DNA of 64,000 nt from Takakia lepidozioides (taxonomy: Eukaryota; Plantae; Bryophyta): contig CM060731.1 in assembly GCA_030704615.1 (NCBI GenBank), forward strand, positions 38,316,001 through 38,380,000. Direction: 5' to 3'. Of this stretch, positions 1 through 21,553 are shown one piece after another. How positions within the stretch are numbered: position 1 is the stretch's first letter; every line of letters starts with the position of its first letter. The position numbers and the translations under genes are program-made. The notes under the pieces are model-generated. The model ran no database searches and was not told the DNA's origin. It worked only from the letters and a program-made list of their open reading frames with translations.

Positions 1-127
1 ACCATGGGTACATCAAAACAATGCTGACTTTCTCGAATATTCACACTTTGTTACTATCTCAAAGTCTAACTAACACCTCTATGGGATAGTCCAAACATTA
101 ATTTGAGAGGGAGTGAGAGAAAGAGAC

Positions 128-9019
<8,892 letters not shown>

Positions 9020-9517
9020 GATGTCTCCCTCCTCCTCACCCCGCTTCCCACAAATCCTTTCCACAATACTAGAACATTACTCGCACACTGTCATGAATTC
9101 CCCACCCCCCTGCACCCTCTGTCGGATCAATCCGGTACACACCAAAGCTCTGCGACGACGGGCAGGGCAGGGCTCCGTCAGCACAAGCTGGGCAGCAGCA
9201 ATCGTGCGAAGAGGCACGATTGTCCGCAGGCCTGCATCCCTGTGTGTGTGCGCTGCTTCAGGCCCGGACCCTCGCTCCCCTCCCTCTTCCACCTCTGCTG
9301 CTCTCTGTCAGCGACCCAGCCAGCTTCCACCCTCGCTGTGATTAGGGCTCCCCGCCCCACGTCTGGGGCTCGAAACCGCAAACCGACGGAATCCAGATCT
9401 AATCCGCCGACAGTGCACGTGTTCGAAGACCGTCCGTGTAAGTATTTGAGCTTTATTCCACTAGGGAAAAGACACAATCAATGCAATTTTCCTCTATGAC
9501 ATAAATTCTTTTGGTTT

Positions 9518-9827
9518 TTTAAAGGAAAGGGGACAGTGGCCCTTTTAATCAAATTAATAAAAATAGAGTCACATCAGTGGAAAAAATAACCACCATAGAG
9601 GCCGTGTGGGGGGAAACTTCCCCCTGACCCTAGTAAAAAAAATAAAAATAAAGAATCTGAGTTCTCACAATTCGGGCTCCGCCCTTTTATCAAAAAAAAA
9701 AAAAAAACCTTCTTTAAGAAAAAAAAGTGGATCGGAGTGGAACCTTCTATCCTCGCCTTCATGGCATTGTAAGGTTATTTTTTTTACCTTCATAAATTTA
9801 TCAGGGCCTCTGTCCCTGTTCTCTAAA
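9518..9827. mobile_element. Fold-back/MITE-like element upstream of CUL1
   Basis: Imperfect inverted ends: gggacagtggccct (9530) vs agggcctctgtccc (9803-9816). Internal inverted similarity (aaaaaataacc/ggttattttttt). A related remnant lies at ~60641-60670. Confidence 0.5.
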
Positions 9828-10769
9828 GTTAAAAAATTAAAAAATGGGGTCCAAATTATATGTAGTGGGGTCCGACCTAATGTTTAGTTTCCATAGAAAA
9901 CAACTAAGAAAATAAAACTAAGAAAATTTGTCTTTTTTTCTGGTGCTGAAAGATAGTGAGCAAGTCCGTGGGAAGAGACCAGTTGGATAGTCCACTAGGT
10001 GGCAGACCTAGCTCCCACGTGAGCTTGCACCTTGATAGGTTTGGTGATGGCCTAGCTGTTGAGGCAACTGGGGCCTACCACATGACCATGGCACCAAATT
10101 GATGAGAGATAATGTGATAGCTTGGGGACCAACACAATTTGGAAGAGAAGATGAGAGAAACAATAACATACATAAATCAGATCATAATGCTTTATCCAAA
10201 GATCACGGGAAGAAGCCCATGATTAATATAAAAGTAAGTTGTCCAAAAATGAGAGCACATTCACCGTTCACGTGAATGAACATGTCAAACTACAACTACA
10301 ATCCCACTTGGTAAAACTATAGGCGCAAACCCGATCAGGCCCTATCATACACATAAACGCCTCTCATTTTACAATATTAGGGTCTTTATTGCGAACGCGA
10401 GCTGACCGCTGGGCCTGTCCCCCCCCCCATCCAGTCCGCTGTGCCAGTCCCCTCACGTCCACTCTGCCAGTTTGCCCGCCAGTCCGCTGCCCATGAGTCC
10501 ACTTCCCTCCAGTCCGCCAGTCTGCTGGCTAGGACGCTGCTGGCCAGTCCGCTCCGCCAATCCCCCAACTTCCAGTCCACTGACAACGCCCGGATTTGGA
10601 CCATCCGTTCCGAAAACCCATTTGAGCCCTCTGTTTTTAGGGCATGAATCCAAACCTTATCCCTACCGCCTGCCACTTGCCACTTGCCAGTAGCCACGAA
10701 CGTGCGCACTGTTGTTCCTTGCACGTTGTCGATCGTGTCCAGGGTACTGGTGCGCATTTCTTGCAGTTC

Positions 10770-13700
10770 TGAAGCGTGTCATTTGTACTGTACAGGGCAT
10801 GGACGTGGAAGCAGAAGACGATGATATATTGAAAACGGAAAGTCCGCTTATACGGCCTCTTTGACAATGTTTGCAAACACCAAAACCAGGACCTTTCAAC
10901 ACGAAGGACCTCAATGAGTGAGACGCAATATGGGTCTGGGTGTGCAAATGGATGTTTACAAGGCCTGCATACCTTGGGATAGAATTGATGATTTTGTCCT
11001 TGGAAAAGAGAGTTTGGTGGACTAACCCACTCAGTTTTGGGTGAATGTCCATACTAAAGTGGAACCCGGCGTGCGAAGAGCGCCCAGAACCAATACATTT
11101 CTAAACAGTATCAAGTGTGCACCATCCTCACCGTCCTTTTGTAGACTCATTGCATGTCTGTTGCCATTTTTGTTTCCTACATATTATGATTTCATGCTTC
11201 CACAAGTCGATGGATATCGATTTTGAATTTATGTCCAGTATCAATGCTGCTACGGTCCTGATGACAAACACACCAACAATGCAATAGTGGAGGATCCAAA
11301 ACTGAAGTGTGGAGGACCTCTTGTGGGTGCTGGAACATCTCACTCTCATAAAGGCCCAAGGAGAAAAAAGTCGGAGTATGGATGCAGTCTTACGACCGTG
11401 GTTGCCAATATTGTTTCAAGGTCCAGCAATGTTATCTCGCCCCTAACATTTGTGTCCTCACGTACTGTAACAACAACATGGAGCATACAGATGCAAAAAG
11501 GAAAGCCTCAGCTGAGTTTAGGAACATTCGCCACACCTGTGTACCACACATTAGTGAGGAATTGAAATTCTGGGTCGTCGAATGTTTGTGTCGAGGCCTG
11601 TCAGTTGCCCAAATCATGATGGAACATAAAGAGCACGTGATGAACAACACCGGGTTGGGAGATGCATGGACATGAGATGATTTCTTGTTGGAGCAAGATG
11701 TCCGCAATCTGGCCGAGAAACGAGCGTGACAAACATTCAAAAACCACGCCAACGATGTGGAAAGTGTCTACATGTAGAAAGACCAGAACCCCGCGTCGGT
11801 CTTCTTCTATCAAGAGGAGAAATTGGCGCCAACATTCAAGCATTACGATGGAGACTTGACATTCACAATTGGCATACAGACTGAGCGGCAAAAGAAGCTT
11901 CAATTAGGTCATCCCCGTATTGTTGCATGCGATGCAACCTTCAGGACAAATCATCACAAAGTATTCTTCATCTCTTTCACTATTTTTTTGCTTGCACAAC
12001 TTGTGGGTGTGAGCACATTGGCTGCATCTGACTTCTGCATCTAAACAGTTTCCATTGTACATATTGATGGTCTTCGACCAGTGGCTTAACGATATACCAG
12101 TTGTCTTCATCATATCCGTGCGTAATCGGACAACAGACGTGGTGTCATGGATGACAGCCTTGCGCGACTCATTCCTCACAGATATGCCAAATTGGCGACC
12201 CAATGCCTTCATTGTGGACGATGGCAACGCCAAAATAAACGCTATTACATAAGTTTCACATACCCTACCTGTACACCCGCGTCGAAGTCCGCTGCGTTGG
12301 TCCACTGTCAGTCTCTTTGGCAAGTCCCCTGACGGGCAAGTCGGCAAGTCCGTTGCCAGAGTCCTTTCTGCATGTCCGCTGGCAAGGAAGCCCGCTCAGA
12401 AGCTCATTTGGCCACGTCCGCTGGCAACCCAGTCCGCTTAGAAATGTCCTCTGGGCAAGTCGCCTGGAAGACTCAATTGCGCAAGTCCGCTGGCAGGTCA
12501 GTGTGGTCAAGTTTGCTGGCATGTAAGTGTAGGTACGTCTGCTGCCGGCCTCCTAAGGGCAAGTCCTGGCAGAACAGTGTGGGAAGCCTGCTTGATGACT
12601 CCTGTAGGCCAGTCCGTCGGCTGGCTCCTTTGTGCAAGTCTACTGGCAACTCAGTCCACTCATAATGTCTTCCGGCCAAGTCCGTAGGATGACTCACTTG
12701 CGCAAGTCCGCTGGCAGATCAATGTGGTCAGGTCTACTGGCAGGTGAGTGTGGGTAAGTTTGCTGCCGGCCTCCTAAGAGCAAGTCCGCTGGCAGAACAG
12801 TGTGGGAAGCTTGCTGGAGGACTCCTATAGGCCAGTCTGTCGGCTGGCTCCTTTGTGCAAGTCTACTGGCAACCCAGTCCACTCAGAATGTCCTCTGGCC
12901 AAGTCCGCTAGAAGACTCACTTGCGCAAGTCCGTTGGCAGGTCAATGTGGTCAGGTCTAATGGCAGGTGAGTGTGGGAAAGTTTGCTGCCGGTCTCATGA
13001 GGGCAAGACTCATGGCAGGTCAGTGTGGTGAGTCTACTGGCGGACTCCATTGGGCAAGTCCACTGGAACAAACTAGCAGACAAGTCCATTGGGACAGTAC
13101 ATTGGGTTAGTGCCGAAGTCCACCGGCAAGTCCCATCTCAAGTCTCTCATGTGGACATGTGTATTTTGCAAGGTTGTTTTTCGAGGAATGCTCATTTTCA
13201 TGTGCGGCCTTTGGCATGTCCGGAAGGCTTGGGTAAAGTAATCATGCAAGAAAACCAAAGATCATGTCACTGCAGCAAACTTGTTGAAGATATGGAAGAC
13301 CTCATGTACTGTAGAGGTGGACCAAATGATCCAAAAAAAACTCTTGCGTGGGTTGCAACAACAATCCGAGGTATGAGAAAGAAATATCCGAATGGGCATG
13401 AATTTCTGGACTACATCGACATTGGATGGGCTCCTAGAATAGCAATTTGGTGTACAATAGCTCGTCATGTTCCGTATGCCAGTCAAGACACAAACGTTAG
13501 CATTATTTCCTCTCAGATCCAGTCAAAGCTGCCTAGTCTGGTTATACTAGAAGATGCAAAAACTGCCACTACTCACTGGTCGTGTACTAACACACTACTG
13601 GTATGCCAGGATGCAACGGAAGAGTAACATTGCAAAATGGGATGTCGTGTGCCGCAAACATAGAACTCGACATGTATTTTTAGGACTGTTTGTCATTTCT

Positions 13701-14388
13701 TATGAATCCGTGCGTCTTTAGGTGAATTGCCAGCTATGAACTCTCAGTACCAATCACCCAAACATAACTTACATTGTTTACAACCCCGGATGCGATTGGG
13801 CTTCTTGCACTTGCCCATGGGCAATGAAGGGTAATTTGTCACCAAGTCCGAGTTCTGAAGTTGCATCATCCACACTTGCAGGATGGACTCATAGTGCGCG
13901 CTTGTGGCACGACGCTGGGAACCATTCATGGAGGATTTCATAATCTGCTATTGCACAATGAGAGCGGCGGCGATCAAGAGGGTTTGAAAAATGCAGCATA
14001 CAGACCTTCCACAGATTATTTTCCTTATGATGTCGAGTCTATCCTCGTACCAGCCTCCATGGACGAAGAATTTGCAGACATACTTTGCATTGTTGGTGAT
14101 GACAAATACCTGGAGAAACATGTGTCCTATCTTCGAATCTGTAGGGGTCAACTTGTTGATATCCTGGCCAAGAGTACTGTAGGAATGTTGCACCCTGCGG
14201 CAGCAAAAAATTTCCGTTCTGTAAATGACAATAAAAACATGTATTTGAAAAAAAACGAGATTTCGTCGAGGCATGTAAAACGCGACCCAGAGTCTTGTGG
14301 AAAACATGCAAGAGGGTTGGTGCCCCAACACCTGCAGCACATATATACTCCACAATTCGTAAGGTTGCAGACCATATATCTATTGTAA
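10770..14388 (+). pseudogene. Degenerate MuDR/MULE transposase with SWIM zinc finger
   Basis: Fragments in several frames: ACDATFRTNHHK (first catalytic D region), ILMVFDQWLNDIPVVFII...WRPNAFIVDD, LWHVRKAW (~13210), YASQDTN and SWIM-like CTCPWAMKGN (~13807). Multiple stops and frameshifts; boundaries approximate. Confidence 0.8.
12280..13140 (+). repeat. Internal tandem repeat of the MULE (~222-bp unit, ~3 copies, built from caagtccgctggcag sub-motifs)
   Basis: gactca(a/c)ttgcgcaagtccg recurs at ~12470, 12691 and 12914 with conserved intervening sequence. Confidence 0.85.
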
Positions 14389-15413
14389 AATACACTCCAA
14401 AATACAGGAAATGCTACAGTATGATTTTCTTGATGAAATAAAAGATCTGTAGTATGATTACATGTGCACAAGACTATAGACATTCAGTCTGCCCAACACA
14501 CCAAGTGAATACATTCATGTTGCCCATCGTGTGGTGTAAGATCTGCTGGATTCAAGAGTAAATCTGCTGAATTCAATCTGTTAGCTGTCACTGGTCTTCT
14601 GTTCAGTCTGACAGTTTTCGAACCAGTCTGCCAACATGTCTTCTAACTCGTCTGCTGAATAGTCTGTCAAGCAGTCTTGTACCGAGTCTTCGCGGTCTTC
14701 TGACAGTCTTCCAACCCGAGTATATTCTGCAGTCTTCTAACCAGTCTGTTCACTGTCTTGTTACTAGTCTGTTGACTGTCTTCTAACCAGTCTGCTGGCA
14801 GTCTTCAAACAAGACACATTGGCGATATCGAACCAGTCTGCTGGCAGTCTCCGCAGTTTGTTGACAGTCTTCTAACTAGTCTACTCATAGTCTTCTAACC
14901 AATCTGACATGTCCATCACCAGACTGACCACTCTATGTAGTCTGCAGGTGGATCCATTCATATGTAGTGTTTATTCATGCAGTCGGCCGACCAGTCTCCA
15001 ATCAGCAGATTGACAGTGCTGAAACGACCTAAATTGTCTACAGTCTGCTACCGAGACTGCAGTCAATCAGTCTACTATTTCCAGTCTGTCTGCTCAAAAT
15101 CGTAATGGATACGACAATGGACCATATAACAAAACAATGCAGTACCCAGAGGCAACAACAATATTCATCATTCACCAATGGATGAGTAAGCGAAGGCATC
15201 AACATGTTTTTTCGGTACAAAGACTTCACATGACACGTACAAATACTACACAAGTCTGCCAACTATCTGTCATGAGCAGCTTTCTCCAAATATTCCAAAC
15301 CGTGCACGATATATTTTGCACATTGCAGTCACTGGCTAAGTGCAAACTTAAAAGTAAACCACGTCGTAGTGAAAAACACTCATCTCTTTGTTTTTTTTAT
15401 TCTTATCAACATT

Positions 15414-17540
15414 TCATTTGGTTTTTACCCATTCATAAAACACTTGAATGAATGACATGACGTAAAAGCCACATTCCCAACTGAATGGTTGTTGTGGCAC
15501 TTTGGGTTGGTGGAGTTGACATGCACAAACAACCTCCTGCCACTCTGGTGTCAAATCCGAATAGCCCAAGCACTCTACATGCAGCTTCCGAATCCATGGC
15601 AGAATAAATGGAGCATGATGCAGACTCTTGATAGAATTCATGTGAGTGTAGGACCCTTTCCGAAGGTCGATGCAAAGAAGACTCTAGTGCCCCTTGCATT
15701 AATGGTATCAAATAACATTATGTCACGAAAGGTGCATATTCAGCTGCTGCAGTCCAAGCAGTGCCAACAGAGTTAGTAGACGCAACACGACTCAAACTAT
15801 CCAGACGCACTCACCAGTCTTCTGTCCAGTCGTAGACCAAGCAGTGCCAAACAGAGTCAGTAGACGTAGCATGACTCAAACTATCCAGACACACTCACCA
15901 GTCTTCTGTCCAGTCCACTTACGCTTAGCATACTTAGTCTTGTAGGCAGTCCAGGAGACAGACAATTTAGCGGACTCAACAGACTCAGCAGACGAAGACT
16001 CGGACTCAACAGACTGTGAGTTCTTATGCGAGTTCTTACTTGTCAGCAATCGGGACCAAAATAAACTCGCAGTCTTTTATGTCTTTGCCAAGACCAGACC
16101 ATCTTGAGGTAAGACCCCAGTACTTTATAGACAGACGAGAAGACTAAGCAAACCGAGCAGTCAGAGCAGACTAAGCAGACTAAGCAGACCGAGTACAGCA
16201 GACTCGACAGGACTGAGAAGACTCACACAATGAATCGACAAAACAGACCAACGCTACTCACTGCTGGATCTCTCGACAAAGACTGACTTCCCTGTCCATC
16301 TCGAAACCATTTTGTGGTCTTTGTTCATAAACACAAAGGACTTTTTCTTGGGATCAAGTTTCTTGGGATCAGGACCCTCCCCAACCTCTTCGGCGAGGTC
16401 CACGACAGCCCGCTTCTTCGCTTTGTCTCTACCTTGGGAAGCAGGCGGTGCTGCGGACGGGTTGGATTGAGCAGACTCACGCAGTGCTGCGGTCCGGCTC
16501 TGCAATAGAACCGTGTCTTGAGGTTTGTTGACACTTGCTGGACCGGTCCTCACAACCTCACGCGAGGCATGCGTAGAACTCACCGGCCTCACATCCCTTG
16601 CACATCCGGCGGCATACTAAAGACTATGTTACCTATCTTTGTCGTCAACCCGACGTTGGGTGCATGGGCAGGTGAGTCCACTGCGACCGATGGCGATGTC
16701 ACAACGTCCACATCCATCATGGGACCAACATCCTCCAAGAGCAATAGCCAGAGTTACTGTGACTTTCAATAATTAATGAAGGTGCAACATCAGCAAAAAT
16801 AATGCTTAAATAATGTATGAACAACTTGAGTGGGTGGGGCCGTTGTTGGGTCGTCCATTGTGGCGTTATGGGTACTCACTGCAAACAAGCTTGGTGCACA
16901 ACAGACCTGGCCAGCAGAGCCACAACAAATAGACTCTTGTAGCAGAACAAACTGTTAAATGACAGTCTAACAGACTGATATTGATAGAGAACGAGTGTCC
17001 AATAGATAGACGGTTCAACAGACTGAGGAAAGAAGAAGCGAGAAGATTGACGGGAGAATAGACTGAGGGTAAATCAGGAAAGTCGATTGTCCTCAATTGT
17101 CAAATTTCAATGGACATGATCCAGTCCGCCGGGCCTCAAACATCCACGCGGACTTGCGGAATGCACATGTCTCAGCCTGGTCCGTCTCCTTGCAAATTGG
17201 GCAATCACCCGAATCTGCTCCTGATCCTCTCTTGGTAGACGGTCGTGGCTGAGGCCTTTGCATTCAACAAGTTTTTGTGGATGTTTGAGGACCTTAGGAC
17301 TAGATCTTGTCCGTTGACGCGATGAGCAGTAATGCTGGAGTTTACTGCCAACCCCTCTATTATATGACCTGGATCCTTCACAATGCATTGTTTCTTCGGG
17401 ATCTCCATTTTGCTATATTTCTGCACGCTCCCTGCAAGTCCTTTTAATTGGTCCCCTAAACAGTCCCATCGTCTGATATGATATCTGCAATGTATACACG
17501 CCTCTATGTGCATATGCTTCCGCGATTTTCGCCATCATGG
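15414..17540 (-). pseudogene. Degenerate ULP1/C48 SUMO-protease-like gene carried by the MULE, convergent with the transposase
   Basis: Minus-strand peptides RWSGLGKDIKDCEFILVPIADK (~16040-16110, followed by a gtaag donor) and VPQQPFSWECGFYVM (15414-15641 ORF) match the C48 peptidase pre-His strand and the Gln/Cys catalytic motif. The upstream extent to ~17540 is inferred. Confidence 0.65.
15752..15915 (+). repeat. ~83-bp tandem duplication inside the MULE
   Basis: ccaagcagtgcca...gactcaaactatccagac.cactcaccagtcttctgtccagtc occurs twice in tandem. Confidence 0.85.
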
Positions 17541-19016
17541 GTTCCGTTGACGAAGGGGGGAAGCGTATCATGAGGGATCAGAAGCAGATGACAATATGGA
17601 GGACAGATAAGGCAGTAGCGATTTTATGACATACAACCATACCATAAAGCCTAACCTTCCCTAAAGCACAACAAGAAGACAAAAATAGTGGAAGCACATG
17701 CACAATGGTGGCTGTAAAGCTCGCCCCGCCAGTCCTGCCATGTTCAGGCACACCCTTCACTATCATGAATGTCGCTCGTGCACAAGAAAAACACGGACGT
17801 GCGTGGAAACGCCCACCACAACATTTGACAACAAAGAGCCCTCACAAGAGAGAGGCCGGATTTGGTGGCAAGGCCTAGATTTTCCCAGCCCTAAAACTAG
17901 AGGGCTCGGATGGATTTTGAATTGGATGGTCCAGATCCGACGCCGTCAGCAAACTGGATGACAGGGGACTGGCTGATGGACGCGGGGTAGCGGACTGGAC
18001 TGGACTGGCAGACTGGAAGGCAGCGGACTTCGGGCGCGGCTGGTCCATGCGTGGGGCCCACGTGTCACCTCGGGCAATGAAAACCCTGATATGGTAAAAT
18101 GAGAGGCCACATAAACTCAAGCACTCCCTAATGTCTATTTATTGGAGTGCAATGGGATTGCGGTTATGCGCAATGTCTAGGAAATTAATAGCATCTGTAA
18201 TTTGTTTGATTGATCATTCCATAAACATAAAACTATATCATATGATACCTGAAAACTTTTCGTTTAGAGGACGGGAAACAGGCGTGAGATTTGAACCCCT
18301 AAGACTCCGGTCTATTATCCAGGAGACGACCAAACTGGCAGTCAGCATCAATATTAAGGGGGAAAAATGGTGAAAATGGACAAACCTTGAAACACGGATC
18401 TCTGCATATGGAGGAGCACGAGATAAATCCATTACTTGTGAGAACGCAATCATCTTGCCTTCATGTATCCTGGGTTGTCAATTTCTCATTTCACTTATCT
18501 GCCCATTATAATTTTAGATTAGCAAAAGGCCATCATGGAGCGGTGCATGACAAAGATTTTTGCAGCCAACCTTGTCATTTTAGACATTCCCCATGGCCTC
18601 CTTGTTTTGATTGTCCTCCCCACTTATGCTACAATTTCATGGAATGCACACGACACTTGATATTGGTCGTGGGTCTTTGGATTTTGCAAACTTTTCTTGT
18701 TGGATGGGGGAGTTCCACTCCTTACTCTTGGGACAACCGGTCTTGTGGGGAACTTGCTACCTAACTTATCATATCCAATTGTGAGGGCTCAGTATTCTCA
18801 AATCATGGATCTGTGCGTATAGGCTACCTCTGGAAAAATTGGATTTTCCTGGACAGGAAGGTACTGTCAATCCTCTAGCTTTCATTTCCTTTGATGTTCT
18901 TATAATTGCAAGGTATATTCTTGCTGCGTGTTAACTGTGGCTCTCACTCGTATTCTTCTAGACATAGGGCTTCTTTGCAGGATGTCTCACCAAGGTGCGC
19001 AAACCCTTCAAGTTAC

Positions 19017-21553
19017 CTTATCATCTCTTGATAAAACAAGATAGACTAAGCGCTCCTTCTCCAACAGCTGGTTCTCATACTGAGTAAGCAACTCATGCTG
19101 CACTTTCTGCGCAGTTAGCAAAAAGACAATGTTTAGCAGGAAAAGATATACTTATTGTCTTTACTCTAACGAGCGTACTCAGGTGTTCCAGATTGGAAAG
19201 AAGACATGTTGTTGTCAAGAGGCTGACAGGGACACTACTCAGCACGAGGGGAAGCAGCCCTACCAGTGCCATCCACCTCTCATGGCCAGGCTACCAGCAC
19301 CTACTCCCTTGAAGGGCGGACTCAACATACCAAGACCACACAAGATTGCTATCCACTGAAGCCCAGCCATTCAGCACTTGCTGGCAACCTGTGACGAGGA
19401 CTCTATCACCAAAACCCTAACTGCAATGAATGTTGTACATAGGGGCCTTCAACTGAACAATGACACCAGATAGTCTTTGCATAGTAACTTGAAAGTGGAA
19501 CAGATGGACCAGTAAAAATGGAATTTGCCCAGAATTTTCCAAAACCCTAGAAAGAACAAACCGCTACAATCGGAACATGCTGTATAAATTCCACAACAAA
19601 TTGATGGTAACAAGTAATAGTAACAAGAAACAGGAGGGCCTTACCTCAAGCAACTTCTGCTCACTGCTGGCATGCAGATAATGCCCAACCCTTTCTTTCT
19701 CTCTCTTCAAACACTCCTCAGCCTGGAGTTCATGAGGCAGTTCATTAGCAGGAACCAGTTTAATATTCAAGCTGAGTACAAGTCCACAAGCTTCCATGCA
19801 TCTTAAAAACCTAAAAGAACAAGGAATACAACCCTGAGCTAAACATGAGTGGTTTAGCTTCTCCATACCTTAAGCATGTAGTCTGGGCATGAGGCCTCCT
19901 CAATCCAAGATGCTGCCTTACGAGCATAATAAGCAGCGGTGTCTTCGAGCATGTAAGTTTCAAAGTCAGTCTCATATGCATTCATGTTACCCATACCGAT
20001 CTCCATGAAGATGCCAAGCACATTCTTCAACAGTGCCCGATCAATCTGCTCGCCTTCACGCTCACGATCAACCCAGAATGGAATACAGTCAGGCAAGGGT
20101 GAGTTGAATCACAGAAAGAATCACCATACCCTAAAATTTCTGACATTTGACAAAAACTATACCACCTACGGAGCTCAGTCCACTAAAAGTCATGGAAAGA
20201 TGCAGAGTATGCGGAGAGCAGTCGTACCAAGGTGATTACTGCATCCTTCACAGTAGTTTTCATCTCTGCGTACACCTGCACTTACAAGGTACCACAGACA
20301 CCCCACGTCAAGCATGTGGCAGATGAAAATTGCACCACCAAACAACTCTAACACAATCTGCAATCACCTTCACAGCTAATCTCACTAAGAAATGTCAAGA
20401 CGAAGTATATATGATTTACCAAATAGAGGAAGGAATTGGATCAACAAAATCTCAAAACAGATTTGAAAGGGCTAAAGTATTGCCTCAAGAAATCCAATAA
20501 TAGCACTACAATCCCACATGCACAGTACACATATTCAAACACAAGGGGCTGCAAGAAGGGACACTACTAATTCCGAATACAAAATCCGTGGGCCCCAAAA
20601 GAACATACCAGGTCACGAAAACACATTAACCCCACTTCCCTCAGGGCTGGCACTTTCCGCTTAACAATGAAGTAGCGATCTAGATAATTGAAAAACCGTG
20701 ATAACCACCGCACCATAAGGTTATGATTGTCCCACCGCTTGACAAGCTCCCTCAGCATTAATTCGTCATGCTTTTCTCTTAGCGCAGGTAAAACCTGTTG
20801 AATACGTAGCCACTTCCATCGTTAGCCCCTAGGGAACTGCGAGGAAGCCATTCAAGAAAATAATCTGAAGTTCAAAATCGCACATGTACTAAACATCAAA
20901 TTGCATCAGTTTAAGCCCGGTTTCATCATCCACCCCGAAGTACTCAGCTCTTTCCAAAACGTCTACCCATCAGGTCCCTAACCCCAACTTGTTCCCTCCG
21001 CCTCTTAAGGTTACCCTATCCCAAAATTTTGTTCTTCACACTGATCGGTAACAGCTTTGCCAAAGGTCAGTAATTGTGCGGCGAGGCGAAATATAGTCCT
21101 TCGCCACGCCCTATCAAGGGAGATGATAAGACAGGTCCAAGGACATCCATACATACATTTGCATTGATGTACTTCTCGAATGACTCCCTGTATCTATCAT
21201 AAAGCTGCCGGGAGTAGCCGTACGGAGATTTCGGTTTACACATTTGGTAAACTGCTCTATAAACTCCCAGTTAAGAAGCACGTTATAACTTCCCCCAGTA
21301 ATTGACAGAGATTTACAGCACAAAACAGCATATGACGAGGATCGCATCACAATCCGTTACGAAAGCACAGATTATACAAGCGACCGAACATGAAGATGAC
21401 TACGAAAGGATACGTGTAATACATAATATAGTCCTCCGAGGTCACTTGGTCCGAGACACCTTCCAACATGTTTTCTAGCTTGGTGATCCCCTTCTGCACG
21501 ATTGCCCATCCCTCCTCCAGCTCCATCACCTTCCCCTCGTTGTTCTTAGGCAT
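19017..21553 (-). CDS. Truncated CUL1 paralogue (exons 1-7 only, ~280 aa N-terminal domain); functional or pseudogene status unresolved
   Basis: Exons 21414-21553, 21157-21256, 20609-20794, 20228-20275, 19869-20072, 19645-19722, 19017-19106 are colinear with CUL1 exons 1-7, including introns, with no internal stops or frameshifts. Homology ends at ~19006. The native exon-5 acceptor is removed by a 10-bp deletion. Confidence 0.85.

Larger units (their letters stand above)
10359..18107 (+). mobile_element. Mutator-like element (MULE), ~7.75 kb, with decayed transposase and ULP1-like cargo
   Basis: Imperfect TIRs of roughly 230-290 bp: gcctctcattttacaatattagggtc... / ...aaaccctgatatggtaaaatgagaggc. 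Perfect 9-bp TSD cacataaac at 10350-10358 and 18108-18116. Confidence 0.93.

Noticed and set aside
18117-19005. Remaining exons of the CUL1 duplicate
   Set aside because: No match to CUL1 exon 8 or later was found here or at 9500-10349 on the other side of the MULE.
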